A program made the translations under genes and the position numbers. From positions 1-55,717 of the forward strand of contig JABLTG010000136.1 of NCBI GenBank assembly GCA_016618085.1: DNA of 55,717 nt, written 5' to 3'. The notes beneath the pieces are model-generated. The model did not search any database. It was not told the origin of the DNA and saw only the letters and a program-made list of their open reading frames with translations. The stretch is from Neovahlkampfia damariscottae (taxonomy: Eukaryota). Positions 10,624 to 23,990 of this stretch are shown here, piece by piece (positions within the stretch are counted from its first letter, which is position 1; every line of letters starts with the position of its first letter).

Positions 10624-12553
10624 TCAATAATCATTGTTTAATAATTTAGTATTTTCCATCACCAATTTTCTTGTATCTTGATATCTAATCAATTCTTCTG
10701 ATAAAATAAATCGTGAGAACGTATCAGACAAATTCTCTCGAACAACAATCAAAATTTCATCAAATAGATCAACTTCTGGAACTTTATCTGTATCTAAAAA
10801 TGCTTTAACTTTCTTTGTCAACCTTCTTGGAACATTCACTTCCAATTCTGAGTATTCACCATTCAAATATTTCAAATATATCTTTGAAGCATTCTTGCAT
10901 CTTTGTTTATCACTCATCTGACGAAATTCTTTAATTTCTTGATATACCAATACATTTTCTATAGAAAACTCATTTTGTGAAAAATTAATGAATAATTCAT
11001 TCAATTCAGGATCTGAAAAAATTTCGTCAAGTTGATCAGTGATAGGTTTTTGCTTTTGATGAAAACATGATTTGATTTTCTTAAAATATGAAATTACAAT
11101 CACGATTCCTGAGAAATAAACCATGTATGAAACTTTTTCAAAAAAGTAAATGATGGCTTTTGCAATGGATAATGTTCGATCTTCATTAAAACATTCTGCA
11201 TTGTAACTCCAGAAACCAGATCCAAGAAAATCATACCATATTTGAGTGATAATCATTGGAATGATAAAAAGACTTTGAATTCTGAAAAAAAATGGATCAT
11301 GACGAAACCAAAAAGACTTCCATTGTTTCAATCTAAAATTGATGAAAAAATCAACAATTGCGATCATCAAAACAATCAAATAAAAAGCGTAATCAACAAT
11401 AGTGCCAATAATTTGAAACATTGTTAATATGTTTGTTGTAACTTTAAATTTGAAATTTGATGAAAATGCAATGAGAAAGAAGAATCCGATGAATTGTATC
11501 AAATGTGAAATAAAAATGGTAATGATGACACCAATGTATGATTGGAATGCAATTTTGAAACCTCTCAAGATGAACACGACTAGTCCACTATTTTTGGAAC
11601 TTAATTTATAATATCTTTGAATGAATAAAAAAAACACCATTTGAAGACAATTCTAAAAATATATTTTAAAAAATTAACACTTACAAAAACAATTAGCAGT
11701 TTGATATTCACTTCAATCGGCAATGCGAATAAAGCAAATATATATAAATCATTGTAAAATCCAAATGAAATTGAATAAAATAAAGGAATCATTTCAAGAA
11801 TCAATTGAACCAAAATTAAAAACATTCCCATCATAAAAGTACTTCCTCTTGATTTTAATGGTTGCCAATGTTTTCCAATAATACTAAATATGATTAAAAA
11901 AACCAAAAAAAAAAGTTCGGCACACGCAAAAGGAAAAATAAAACTTTTGAATTCCATTTGACATAAATATTTCCGACATTCATCATCTAAAAATTTATAA
12001 ATCATTTTATAAATTTACCATTAGTAATGAAATGAGTTGTTCTTTCTTCAGGTTTTGGTATAATCCAATTCTGTCCTTCAATTTGTTGAGGTTTTTTCTT
12101 GTTGTGACATCTGAAAATCATGTGATGATTTGTCTTTGCATATTTTTTAAAAAGTTCTATATACACTTGTCTTAATTCTATAAAGTATCCTTTGACCCGT
12201 TTTTCTGACTCAACAATGTTGAATTTAACAGACGAATCAAAATGAGTGAAGTTGTTACTGTACATTGCAGCTGAATATGAATAACCTGGTTTTTTTTCAT
12301 GATTCCAAAAAATCATTGTATATTTTACATGTTTGTCTGATGTTGAGTTGCTGATGGAAAATGAAGAATATCCATTTTGTCCACAGAAAACACCTTTTAC
12401 TAAATATGTGTCCATGGAATGTGTTTTGTTTTCATGGTATATTTTGAAATAATTGTTTCCTGAGTAATAACAACGGTCTGATGTCCATCTTTGTTGAGAT
12501 GAAACTGTCCACAGCAGAAACGTCAGCAGCAAGAACAATCTGCTGTTGGACAT
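10624..12553 (-). CDS. 7TM-RGS protein with signal peptide and short ectodomain (2 introns)
   Basis: Signal peptide, multiple TM helices with QPLKSRG and DPFFFR motifs, and a C-terminal RGS box (LFINFSQNEFSIENV...IYLKYL...SELEVNV...NLSDTFSRF). Confidence 0.85.
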
Positions 12554-13277
12554 TTTGAGAAGAAGTTTGAATATGATTGGTGAATTTCAGACTCAAAGAA
12601 GATGAATCATTCTGGCAATTATTTTTGATTTTCACAATATTTTACTGTAGGTATCAGAAAAATACCATACAAATTCTAACCAATCAAAAATAACTTTTTA
12701 TGTTAAGTAAATTCTTCGGAGATGAAGATTTTAATTGCCTTAATAGCTGACAATAAAGGTACAAAAAAATGTTAATTGTTTTTTCACAAGATTTGCTAAC
12801 TTGGTTCAAAAACATCATTTCACCCCAAAAGAACATTATGATTTTGGGATATTTTTTGAACAACAACACCGTTTCATTTTGTAGTGGCACAATAGAAAAA
12901 GAATATTAAACACTTTTCAAGTTAAACTTTCATCAAATATTAATTTTTCAGAGTTGATCATAGTTTTATCCTTTTGATCAATTTACAAAAAGCAGATTCT
13001 AATTTTCTGTATAAAATGAAAGATTTATTCACAACCACACCTTTAGGTTGTGAAATTGAACTGCTGTATTGTGCTGTCCTGACAAAGATTTGAATCAAAA
13101 AATAGAAACGCTCTATCCTGGACTTGTGAACAACTGTCATCATATTTATTGCTTTGACCAAGTGAATGATGAATCAATCAATATGTCAATAACAAGAATA
13201 TCAAAAAAATTATGATAAAATCATAAAAAAAAATTAATTATATTCTATTTTTAGAACAATTGTTCAATTCCAATTAG

Positions 13278-13284
13278 CCAATCA
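13278..13284 (+). promoter_or_regulatory. CCAAT(CA) element 16 nt upstream of the ATG (representative of a window-wide pattern)
   Basis: An oriented CCAAT lies within ~60 nt upstream of most start codons in the window. Confidence 0.6.
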
Positions 13285-13300
13285 AACTTCCATCAAAAAA

Positions 13301-14698
13301 ATGGAGGAAAAGAAGGAAGAACAAACAGAACGAAAGGAAGAAACTCCGACAATTCCTGAAGATTTGTTCAACTTTGGTAACTTATATGATGATGATTTAG
13401 TTTCTCTTTTTTCTAATTCTCCTCTTGAATCACCAGAACGACTGAGTTTTGATGAAGAAAGAAATTATGAAACAAATGGAATCATGAGCAAAGAGCTAAG
13501 AAAAGTAATTGAAGAGAATTTCAAAAAACTTGATGAAACTGGTCAAATTGAAGCGTTAAATTTAATAGACATGATGGATTCATCAGCTGTGAACTTTGAA
13601 GAGGTTTTTTTAAATAAAAACTGAATTTTTTAGGATGATGTAAATGTAAAGTTTGATCAGTTACAAGAAGAAACTCTATGGAGTTTAAAGGAGTTCATTG
13701 AAGACTATAACAATGAATTCCAAAAAGACAAAAATACAATACAAACTTGTCAAGAAAAAGAGGTTCATATTTATCCAACGATTCAAAATTTACAAAAACA
13801 ATCAAAACAACAAGAAAAATCATTTGAAAATTTTCCAAAAAAAAATGACGAAAAATTTGGTGCTGGTTTGATCCACGAATTCATCAACCCTATGTATATC
13901 AATCATGTATATCCTTTTGCTAATCAATTTAACAATAATTTCAACTTTTTGAATTCGAATTTTCCACCACAACAAAATTCAAATTTTAAATGGAATTTAC
14001 CAGTACTTCCGCATGATAAAATGTTTAAAAATGAAAAAAACAAAACATTTCAAGAGGAAGATTTCACTGAAAAATTTTTCAATCAAAAATTCCTTTCAGA
14101 GTTAAACAATCCAAAAAAAAGAAATTTAAACAATATTGAATTTGAAAAAGTCAAAAAACCAAAGATTGAAATACCATCATTATACTCAAAAACACCTCAA
14201 AAACCTGTTCAAATTCCAATTCTACCCCAAACTCAAAATATTTCACCAAATACTGTAAAACAAGAAACTCAAATCACCAATGAATCATCAAAGAAATTCA
14301 CCATCACTATTGAAATTATGACACTTGAAAAAGATGAAAATGATGATTTATATCATTGTGAAATTTGTGAAAAATCATATAAAGACCGTTCTAATTTAGT
14401 AAAGCATCTTCGAATTCACACCAAAGAAAAACCATTTGAATGTAAAATCTGTGGTAAAGAATTTGCACATTCACAATCAAAAAATGATCATATGAATATC
14501 CACAAACAAAAAAAACCATATCAATGCAAATTGTGTGATAAAACATTCGGAAATGGATCTAATCTTCGAAGACATATGACTGGTGTTCATCAACAACAAA
14601 AAAAACATAAATGTGAATATTGTGATCAAAAATTCTCTCAAAAAACTAATTTAAATTCACATATCAAAAAATCACATTTTATGATGTCCAAAAAATAA
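13301..14698 (+). CDS. ET/NET-like domain plus four C2H2 zinc fingers, transcription factor (intron 13604-13633)
   Basis: Four CxxC..F..L..H...H fingers with an HTKEKPF linker. The N-terminal LRKVIEENFKKLD...EDDVNVKFDQLQEETLWSLKEFI resembles the BET extra-terminal domain. Confidence 0.8.
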
Positions 14699-14713
14699 AT
14701 TGTAATTCATCCA

Positions 14714-15426
14714 ATGAAAAACTTTTTTTTTTGTTGTTTGTTTCTGTTGGTTGTTGGTTTGGTAAAATCAAATTATTTAGTTGAGCACTCTTTTGATGAA
14801 GGAAATACATGGTCAACTAAAGGAATTATTGAAAAAGTTGGAAGAATGGAAAGATTGAAATTTAATTCAAAATCAAAATTTTGGACTGAAGATGTTCATT
14901 CAAAACTTGTAACAAATAGGTTTTATCAAATTAGAGTTAAAGATCAAAATGGAAATGTCGCTCAAACTACAACTTCTACTGTTTGAAAAAAATCAAAAAA
15001 AAAAAATTAATGTTTTCATCTTAGTGTGATGTTTTAGGTTCAGTTTCTCAACAACTTGAATTGAATTTTGATAATGAAGAAAATTTACTTTCAATAAATC
15101 AAAAATTCAACCAAAAATATTTACTCAACTCAAAATGTGATGATTTAAAGCAACAAAAATTTAAAATGAAAAATTTTGAAAATTTTGTAAAAAAAAATAA
15201 ACCTGAAGTACTACCAGAAATATCATTAGTAAAAACAGAAAAAGAAGAATCATCAGAAGAAAAAAAAGAACCTGAAGTTGGTTTCATCAGAAAATACGTA
15301 AGTTTTGCTACGTTACTAAGTTTTCTGTAGTGGTATTTTATATTGCCAGCAGTTTTATTAATTTTACTTGGAGGAGCTCCAATTGAAGAAGAAGAAGGTA
15401 CTGCTGCAACTCAAAAAAAAAAATGA
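14714..15426 (+). CDS. EMC10: ER membrane protein complex subunit 10-like (2 introns)
   Basis: Signal peptide, LVEHSFD..WSTKG, FYQIRV and C-terminal GFIRKYWYFILPAVLLILLGG. Confidence 0.7.
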
Positions 15427-15536
15427 AAATAAAAGTTCCACTTGCACGTATTTTTGTCATTTAATAACAAGAGGTAATTTTGATTAAAAGTTCAATTAGA
15501 TATTCGTTTGTCTTAATTTTCAACCAATCATTCTTA

Positions 15537-18053
15537 ATGGATTTTTTCTACGTTCTTCATGACATTTGTCAAAAGAAAACACCAGAACAAATAGAAAACA
15601 GAAAAAATAAGTATCTCATAAAAAATGTAAAAAACAAAAGACGAAGAATTCTTTGTTTTGCTTTTGGAAGTAAAAAGAAAACTTGTGTTAAATTTTTTTT
15701 AAAGGTATTGGAACTTGTGGTTTATCTTTGATATTCACTCTGATATACTTTGGTATCATTCTTGGTATAATTTTTGGTAGGACAAATACAGCAACGGATC
15801 TATTATTCAAACCATCTCAGAAAATTCCAATTTATTATTTTTCACATGCTGTCAGTTCAGAGACAAAACTATACACAAACATAAACAAACCTATTTGCAG
15901 ATCTCATTGTAATGAAACGGAAAGAATCAATTATCATCAAAGAAGTGAATTTTCACGAAGAGTAATGCTAGTTTTTGAATTATCCGGAACAAACTCAATA
16001 ATCAAGCATTCAGGCACCAACTCATCATTATGCCTTGGATTTGAGAATTTTGATACAATTTCATTGGAATATCAATGCTTTAATATCTTTAACTCATCTG
16101 GAATCAGAGAAAGAAGCACTTTCATTATTTCTTTTCAATACAAATCTACCACCTCAATTAAAGGAAGAAATATGATTCTAGAGAAAATAGAGAATCATCC
16201 ACCAGAAGAAGAGTATAATTTAAGGCCAGACTTAAATTCCAATGATCAAATTTATATTTATTTAGCTACAGATAATATTTATGACGAAACAACTACAGAT
16301 TCCTTGAGAAGTGAAGAATACCTCATCTATATTGTATCTATTTTATCAATTTTTAGTGGCTTATTCAGTTCTTTTGAACTAATTAAAGAAACAATTGGTG
16401 AATGTATTTTTGATACTCATCAAACAGTACAAGAAAATTCAAAGTATATCCCATTGATCTTTTCATATTGTTGTATTATTTTTTGGGGAATTTCAGGAAT
16501 CATAACATTTTTTGTGTTGTTTTATATCTATGATATCCAGACGAATGCAAGGAATATCAATATTTTCAGTCCTGATTTATATGACACAAAATTCAGCAAT
16601 GGTCACTCACCACCAAAAATTTATTTCAGCAATGAATGGATACCAAACAATTGTAAAGGTATCGAAGGCGTCAGTTGTAATCTAAAATGTGATAGTCCTT
16701 CTGTTTGTGATCCTGAAAAGGGCATAACTTCAAGTTTATTTTCAGCCAATGAACTTGTTAACCATAGAACATCACAAACCAAAAATCTGACCACATTTTA
16801 TCCATCTATTTGTTTTGGATATCAAAAAATAGTAACGAATTTTCAATATATTTGCTTCCAATTGACAAAAGATGTTGAAAATGAATTTCAAATCAATTTC
16901 AAAACAAATGCGATCGGAGAAATGGATTATGAAATTTTTCAAATCAATGGAGAATCAAAAACGAAAACAATGATAAAGTTAACATCTCCAAGAAATTTTG
17001 ATGAGCAACAAGCATTAAATAGTAAATTCTTCACCTATGGAATATTACCTTGTAAGTTAAAAACGTGACTAACAAATAGTTTTCACTGCATTCACTTCAA
17101 GTCTCATTTTCGGATCATTGCTCAAACATTTAGTGATGCTTCTTCATGATGGCTGCATGACACCATGTAATTTCTGTTTTTATCAGACTTCAAAGATTGT
17201 TGAAAAAAGTGAAAGTCGAAAATTATTTGGATACTGGATATTAACATATATTGCTTATATTTTCATCATCATATGTTGGTCTACTTATTTTATAATTGTT
17301 CTATCAATCTATTCGCAAAGAGATCGTTATTCAATTACCAAATCTGCAGCTTTATCTTCCTTTACTCCAGATTTTTATGAAAAACGAATTAATGCTTCCA
17401 CAGGCATCCAAATGGTAGATTTATATCCTTTCAACAAAACTGGAGCTCCAATTACTGAACATAATCCTTTCAGGCAAATGGAACTTTCAACGAATCAGAA
17501 CATTACTCAAGTTTGCTTTAATATTACCAGAATAGAATGTTTCATGTTATCACAAGAAAAATCAAATCACTTCTACTTGAGCTATCAAATCCAAACTTTG
17601 GAAATCACAAAAGTCACTTTTTCTCCTTTGTATTTTATGAGCTATAATTTCAATTTAGAAACCAACCAAAAGAAATATGAAATTAGAAATTTCAGTATTT
17701 CTCATAAACTACAACCTTACAAAGATGAAATATACACAATTTTTACATCTGACCAAAATGAACTTGTTCGAGTGAAAGACAATCTAGGTGGATTTTCAGT
17801 ATTCCTTGTGCTTCTATCAACAGTTTCAATTTTCTCGACTGCAAGGATATTTTCATTTTATCTTCGTGATAGAATACTTGATGTAATATATTTTTTGATC
17901 ACTTTGGGTAAAGTCAATCAATTAAATACTCGAAATTCTAATTTAGAAGTTGTCTTGAAAGAACAAAAGGAATTAAAAGAAGAAATGAAAAAAGAATCGA
18001 AATTGTCAATTGAAGTAAGAAATGCTTCTATAATTGATACTTTTGGGTTATAA
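15537..18053 (+). CDS. Multi-pass membrane protein with three Cys-containing extracellular loops, unknown family (2 introns)
   Basis: Introns ~15670-15705 and ~17052-17079 join the ORFs; the TM-loop-TM architecture repeats three times. Confidence 0.6.
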
Positions 18054-18403
18054 TCAGAACTTACAGTTGGATTGAAAGAATGTGTAATTCCAGCACAGAT
18101 TGCAATAGTACCCTAAAGAAAATAACCACAAAATAAGCACCAAAAATCTGCAAATCCAAGAACTAAATTGATAAGTGAAAGAAAAGTTAGAAAACTAAAA
18201 AATAAATCGGAGAATTTTCACTGACATCCAGAAATAATTTTGTCTTGTGCTTGTTGAATTCCTGGATGTGAAATTTCATCAACTTTCAAAAAGGTAACTT
18301 CAATTCCTTGTAGTGCTTGGACATCCAATGGATGTGAAATTGCGCTAAATTTGGATCTTTCATTCATCCAGCAAATATTTTTCAAGATGTAATGTAAAAT
18401 TTA

Positions 18404-19237
18404 TTATTCAATATCTTCAAACTCTTCTTCTTCAATGACCATTTTTGCTCTTGTTTGACTTTTATATTCTGGTTTTAATTGGTAGTAAGATTGAAATTTT
18501 CCTTTTTTATTCAATTCACAAATTTCGCTTAAAATTTCTTCTTTCAAATATTGAACAGGTTGTTCTGTTTTATCAGCTAAATCATTCAACCTCCAATGAT
18601 CTTTCAGGAAAAGTCAAATAAATACTGGAAAAATACCTGTTTGTAAAAATAAAGATTGAACCATATCTCGGAGTTTTTCTTTGTCCATTCTTTCTCTTCG
18701 TTCTTTTTTTTCAATTTTCTAGAGGAAAAAAAAATTAAATCTTTCAAGTTTTACTTTTGGCATTAATGAATGACTTCTTGGACGAACTACTCTTTGCACA
18801 TCCTTTTCATCGACTTTTTATGGTCAAAATTTTTTCGTTAATTTTCTTACCTGATGTAGTTGTTTTTTTTTTCTTTGTATCTTCTGTTCTTTGTCTTAAC
18901 ATTTGTTCAAAATTTTTATTAATTGTAGGTTGCTTTTGAAAACTTTTAAAAAAAAATTTAAAAAAAAAACCATTGTGCATAAATGTTCAACTTTTCCTTC
19001 CAAAGTTAGATTTTTTTTTTCTTGATCTGAAAAGACATATAGAGGTGCAGGTTTTGACATGTCTAATTTATATTCTGTTCCATCACCCAAGTCAATGGAT
19101 ACTTTATCACCAATAATTTTCATATCTGCTAGAGAGTCTGATTTTTGAGAATTCCAAGCTTCTGAGACTTTTTTTGGTACTTTTACCAACCAAACTTGTT
19201 GTTTATATCCTTTTGTGTCAAGTTCACCTTCAAACAT
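18404..19237 (-). CDS. GTF2F2: Transcription initiation factor IIF beta subunit (RAP30/Tfg2), 3 introns
   Basis: QVWLVKVPKKVSEAW, LEGKVEHLC, RERMDKEKLRDMVQSLF, TEQPVQYLKEEILSEIC and YQLKPEY. Confidence 0.88.
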
Positions 19238-19364
19238 TTTTTTAATGAGGTTTCAACTTTTGATTTCATTGGTCAAATCATGGAATAAAGAAGAGACAAA
19301 ATTATTAACTCTGATGAGATAATGGTAAAGAAAATTTATAAATTTATAAATAAAATTTATTTTT

Positions 19365-20674
19365 TTAAACAACTCTAACATTTCCACCGAATGAAACTTC
19401 TTGAACTTCCCAATCTCTTGTTTCATGAGTAGCATCTTGTTGAAGCACCCACATATGAGATTCTTCCCGGATATCATCTTCTGCTCCTTCAACAATTTCA
19501 CCTTTTTCATTTTTCAAACAATGAATATATTGCACTGATCCTGCAATAACCAAAACTGGATCTTCTCCGATATATCTTGCAGTCATCAACTAAAAAAAAT
19601 AAAAAACTATTTTTGAGTTTACATTGATATTTGTGATATTGAGAATTCTAGTATCGAATTTTACTTTTCCAAATTCTCTTTCTTTAATTCTTGGTTTGAT
19701 GTATCCCACAATACACTTTGATTGGTTGTTCAGAAAATATTTTGGGTTACTTTTTTTGAAAGATAACATTGTAAAGTTTCTACATCATCTTTATAATATG
19801 CATCCAAAACAGTTGGAATCAGAGTATGTTCTACATGATATAGAAAATCTTGTAAATCAAAAGTTGGATCAATTTCTTTTATATCTGTCAATATTTCACC
19901 TAATTCAGTTGATTTAAATACTGTATTTTCAAAAAAACCAACTACTTTTGCACTTGATTTCAATGCTGCTTTTGCCATCATTGAAACAGGATTTGATTTT
20001 TCTTCCATTGAAATAGCCAAATCGTTTAAACTTTTAAATCAATTTTTGATGTATTATTTATCTTACGTTTTATATAAACCAACTTCTTTTTTTTCTCTTT
20101 TTTTTGAAACAACTAATTCACCTGTTTCTGTATTTACTTGTTGATTTTCAAGTTTTTCAATTTTTTCTGTATATGGATTATAATAAATTCCTTCTTCTAA
20201 ATCTTTCTTTCTTTTGAATTCTGACCTAAAATTAAAGTGGTGTTTCTGTTTTTCTAAATCACCTTGTGAAAAATCATCAACAACAAATTTGACTGCTTTG
20301 TTTTCTGATACTGTTTCACTTACTTTTCCAACTGTTTCTGATGTTTTTTTATAAGCTTCACTTTCAGTAATTTTTGTTTTTGTTTCAGTAACTTTTTCTT
20401 TAATTGGTTTAACTGTTGAAGAAACTGTTTCTGATGTTTTTTTTTTTAACTCTGAAACTGTTTCTGATGTTTTTTTTATAGCTTGAACAGTTTTTGTTTC
20501 GGAAACTTCTTTCAGACTTTCTTGTAACTCTTTTTCTTTTTCAAGATTTTTTTTGATTTCACTTTTCCAAAGATTAAAGAATCCATCATTATTTGAGTAA
20601 TTTCTTATCTGTCTTAATTTGATAAATCTTCCATTTTGATTCTTCAAGAAATTCTTCAAAATTGTTCTTTGCAT
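19365..20674 (-). CDS. TIM44: Mitochondrial import inner membrane translocase Tim44 (3 introns)
   Basis: Basic presequence, IKEIDPTFDLQDFL, VLDAYYKDD, QYIHCLKNEKGEIVEGAEDDI and WEVQEV. Confidence 0.88.
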
Positions 20675-20812
20675 TTTTTCTTGCTGATGATTGGAGGAAA
20701 AAAAAGTGAATAATTTTATTGAACATTTAAAAAAATTATTTTTGATTCACTATTGTAGATTTTTCATTTTGTTAAACCAAAATTCTTCGAGTATTTTCAT
20801 TGGATAAATAAT

Positions 20813-23376
20813 ATGCAAGAAGTAATTGAAATTGAAAGTGATACAGAGGAAGAAACTTTTGAACATCAATTAGAAGATTTAATAAAAAAGAATTATATCC
20901 TAAATGAAAAAGAATCTTCAGGTTTGACTTCGAAATTTCCAGAAACGAAAACTGAAGAAAGTTCGCCAAAACATTCAAAACCATTGAAACAATTGCCAAT
21001 TAAATGTGCTTCAAAACCTTCAAGTGATCATAAAAAATCAAAAGAAATTCCAAAAAGTCCTTCAAAAACTTTTCAACCAAAACTTTTGCAGTATCAAAAT
21101 GCTTATCAAAATACAGCACCTATTAGAGCAGTACCACAGATTTTGAACTTACCTACAACATTTGTACCGTTTAATATATCATTAAACCCTTCTCAACCAT
21201 TACCAATTCAACAACAACTTCAGAACAATGGAAATTTTAGAAATAGAACAAACCAAGAATATCCAAAAATTTTAACAACAAACATACCAAATAGAGTAAA
21301 AATATCAACTTCAAAACCTGTAATACCAGTTAATAATTCAACAATGAATAATTTAAATCAAACAAATTCAAATGTACAATCAACATCCATCAGTTTTCAA
21401 GATTTTCTAGAAAAGCATAAACAATTACCTGATATTTATTTCATTCCAATTTCAGAAATGGCCAAAAAACTTTTACATAGAGAGTTATCAACTGAAGAAT
21501 TTAAAGAACAATATAATAATATAGTTGAACAAATGAAGCAAGAAATGAAGAAAAACAATGAAAAAAAAGAAAATAATGAAAAAAAAAATGAACAAACTGA
21601 TAAATCTTCTTCATTAGACAAAGAAAATTTAAAAGAAAAAGAGAGGAAAAAAGATACTTCATTACCAAATGAACCTATTGAAATTGATGATGAAAAAGAT
21701 TTAGAATCACCAAAAGATATTTCTGAACCTAAAATGAATGAAGAAACAAACTCAAATCTTCAAGAGCTTCTTGGAAAACCAATCATTTCTGATTCTGATT
21801 CCGAAACAGATGATGATCTGGATGAAGAATTTAATAGATGTTATCAATTTAATCATCTATTTGATCTTAAATTACCAAGTTACATGATAAATTCAATTTT
21901 TGAAAAAAATGAAAATGAAAAATTACAATTTCTTGGAACAGAATTTTTAGACTTCATTATTAATGAATATCTCTTCACTTCCATAAAATTTAGTTATTCA
22001 GTAAGAAATTATGATGTTTTTTATTGCATTAAGGAATTTTTGGACGAAGTTAAAGAAATGATTTATTCTCAAATTTTGAAGACCATTTCAAAATATAAAC
22101 TTCATGATTTATTCATTTCAGATGAAGATAATGATGAATTATCGGATATTGAAATATTTTATGGAATTATTGGTTCAGTGATTATTGAAAATGGATTTAA
22201 AACATGTAAACAATTTTTATTGAAGAATATAATACCAAATTTTGATTCAATCATTCAAAATTCATTTAAGGATGTTTCTTCAAAATTATTCAATTTTAAT
22301 GAAGCAGATGAATATAAAATCAATCGTAAAATAAACAAAAAACTCTAAACTTTAAAGTCAATTCAATAGATGAAAAACGATTGAATGATTTGTCATCTGT
22401 TTTTCAATTACCAAAAATTAAAAATAGATTTTTATTAATGAAAGCATTAACTCATTCATCTGTTGATAATAATATGAAATTTGATCAAGAAATTGTTCGA
22501 CAAATTACTCATTATTCTTTACATCATGAATATGTGTTCTTTCAAGATCGTTTTGCTTTCCTTGGAAAATCAATTTTAAATGCAATTTTAAGTTTATTTT
22601 TTTATAAAAAATCTAATGAATCATTAAGATCTCAAGATATTTTTAAGAACTATTTTCATGAAGTATTCTTATTTGATCTAGCAAAAAAACTTGATCTTTC
22701 AAAATATATAACTCATTCATTACAAAGAAAAATATTCAAAAGAAAATTTGAAACTCATTTTGCAAATGAATTTATCTATTCAATTATTAGTTGTATTTAT
22801 ATTGATTATTCATTTGGTGAATGTGTTCATTTTTTTAATGAAATTTTAATGAAACATTTTATTGAACCAAAAAATAGAATGAAAGATTTTTCTGATAAAT
22901 TGAGTTTTAAAAAAACAGTTTTGAAATCAAAATTCATTAATATGTCTGTTTATTTTGAAAATGATTTGTTATTAAGTCAAGGAGAAGGAAAACAAGAATT
23001 AGAAGCAGAAAATCATACTATTTTTAAATTTTTATTATTAACAAGAATTTTAAGAATTGAAGATGATTTGAAAAGTAATTCTATTACAAAAGAAGAGATT
23101 AAGAAGAAATTTCATTTATTAGAAAAATTTAGACCAAATGTTCAATTTTTTACTACTGATTCATTTAAAGAAGATGAATTCGAAGAAAAATTAAAAAGAG
23201 TAGTTTTTAAGTCTGATGATAAAAATCTATTCTTTGATAAATCAAAAGAAGAAAATCATAGAAAACATGCTCTTGAGTCAATGAGAAAATTGAAATTATC
23301 AAATAATGAAAATGAATTGAAAAGAAAAAGAGATGATGATAAATATGATGAAAAAAGAAAAATAATAAAACTTTAA
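20813..23376 (+). CDS. Tandem RNase III-domain (Drosha/Dicer-like) protein with degenerate active sites (intron 22326-22357)
   Basis: Domain a: NEKLQFLGTEFLDFIINEYLF...EIFYGIIGSVIIENG. Domain b: LLMKALTHSS...DRFAFLGKSILNAILSLFFY...ANEFIYSIISCIYID. These are followed by a dsRBD-like VYF..LSQGEGKQELEAE. The 32-nt intron joins the two ORFs in frame. Confidence 0.75.
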
Positions 23377-23497
23377 GACACATTTTGTATTAAAATGGAA
23401 GAAGATTCTGTATTTACAACAACCAATCAGAATCTTCGTCCAAACTACTTTTTTTGTGGAAAGAAAAAAATAAAATTTTTTAAATAATTTAACAATT

Positions 23498-23990
23498 TTA
23501 TTGATTTAACAAGTTTTTTATTTGAAGGCAATCCAAACTATGATTATTTGAATGGTGTTGATGTTCCTCTAATGCATTCATTTGGTTTAATTCATCGAAT
23601 GAAGGAAGTCTTATTTTAATTTTTTTTTCTGATGAACAGTCGTGAAATTTATATTTTTTTTCAATTGAACTTGTTGTTTTTGTTTCTTCATTTTTGTGTT
23701 GTTTTCTTCCATTTCTTTTTGTTTTTTTTTGATTTGGCAATGAGAATGTAGTCATGGAGACTGATGACTTTGTGCTCAAGACTTTAAATTCTCCTTTTGC
23801 TGAGTTTTGACAATTCATACCTCTGTATGGCCAACGTTTTACGCCTAAAAAAAAAAATGAATTCAAAGAAGTTCAAACCAAAGTTTCTGCACAGTTCTAC
23901 AAGTCTTCTTGAGGTTACATTCAGTAGAGCAGCAGCAATGGATATTGGGTAGCAGTAGTGGTTCTTAATTTCGTCGAACGAAACTGTCAT
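23498..23990 (-). CDS. RWP-RK domain transcription factor (1 intron)
   Basis: VSFDEIKNHYCYPISIAAALLNVTSRRLVELCRNFG|VKRWPYR after splicing. Confidence 0.88.

Noticed and set aside
18050..18363. Possible small minus-strand gene between the membrane protein and TFIIF-beta
   Set aside because: Coding-like, but the exon structure and family could not be fixed with confidence.
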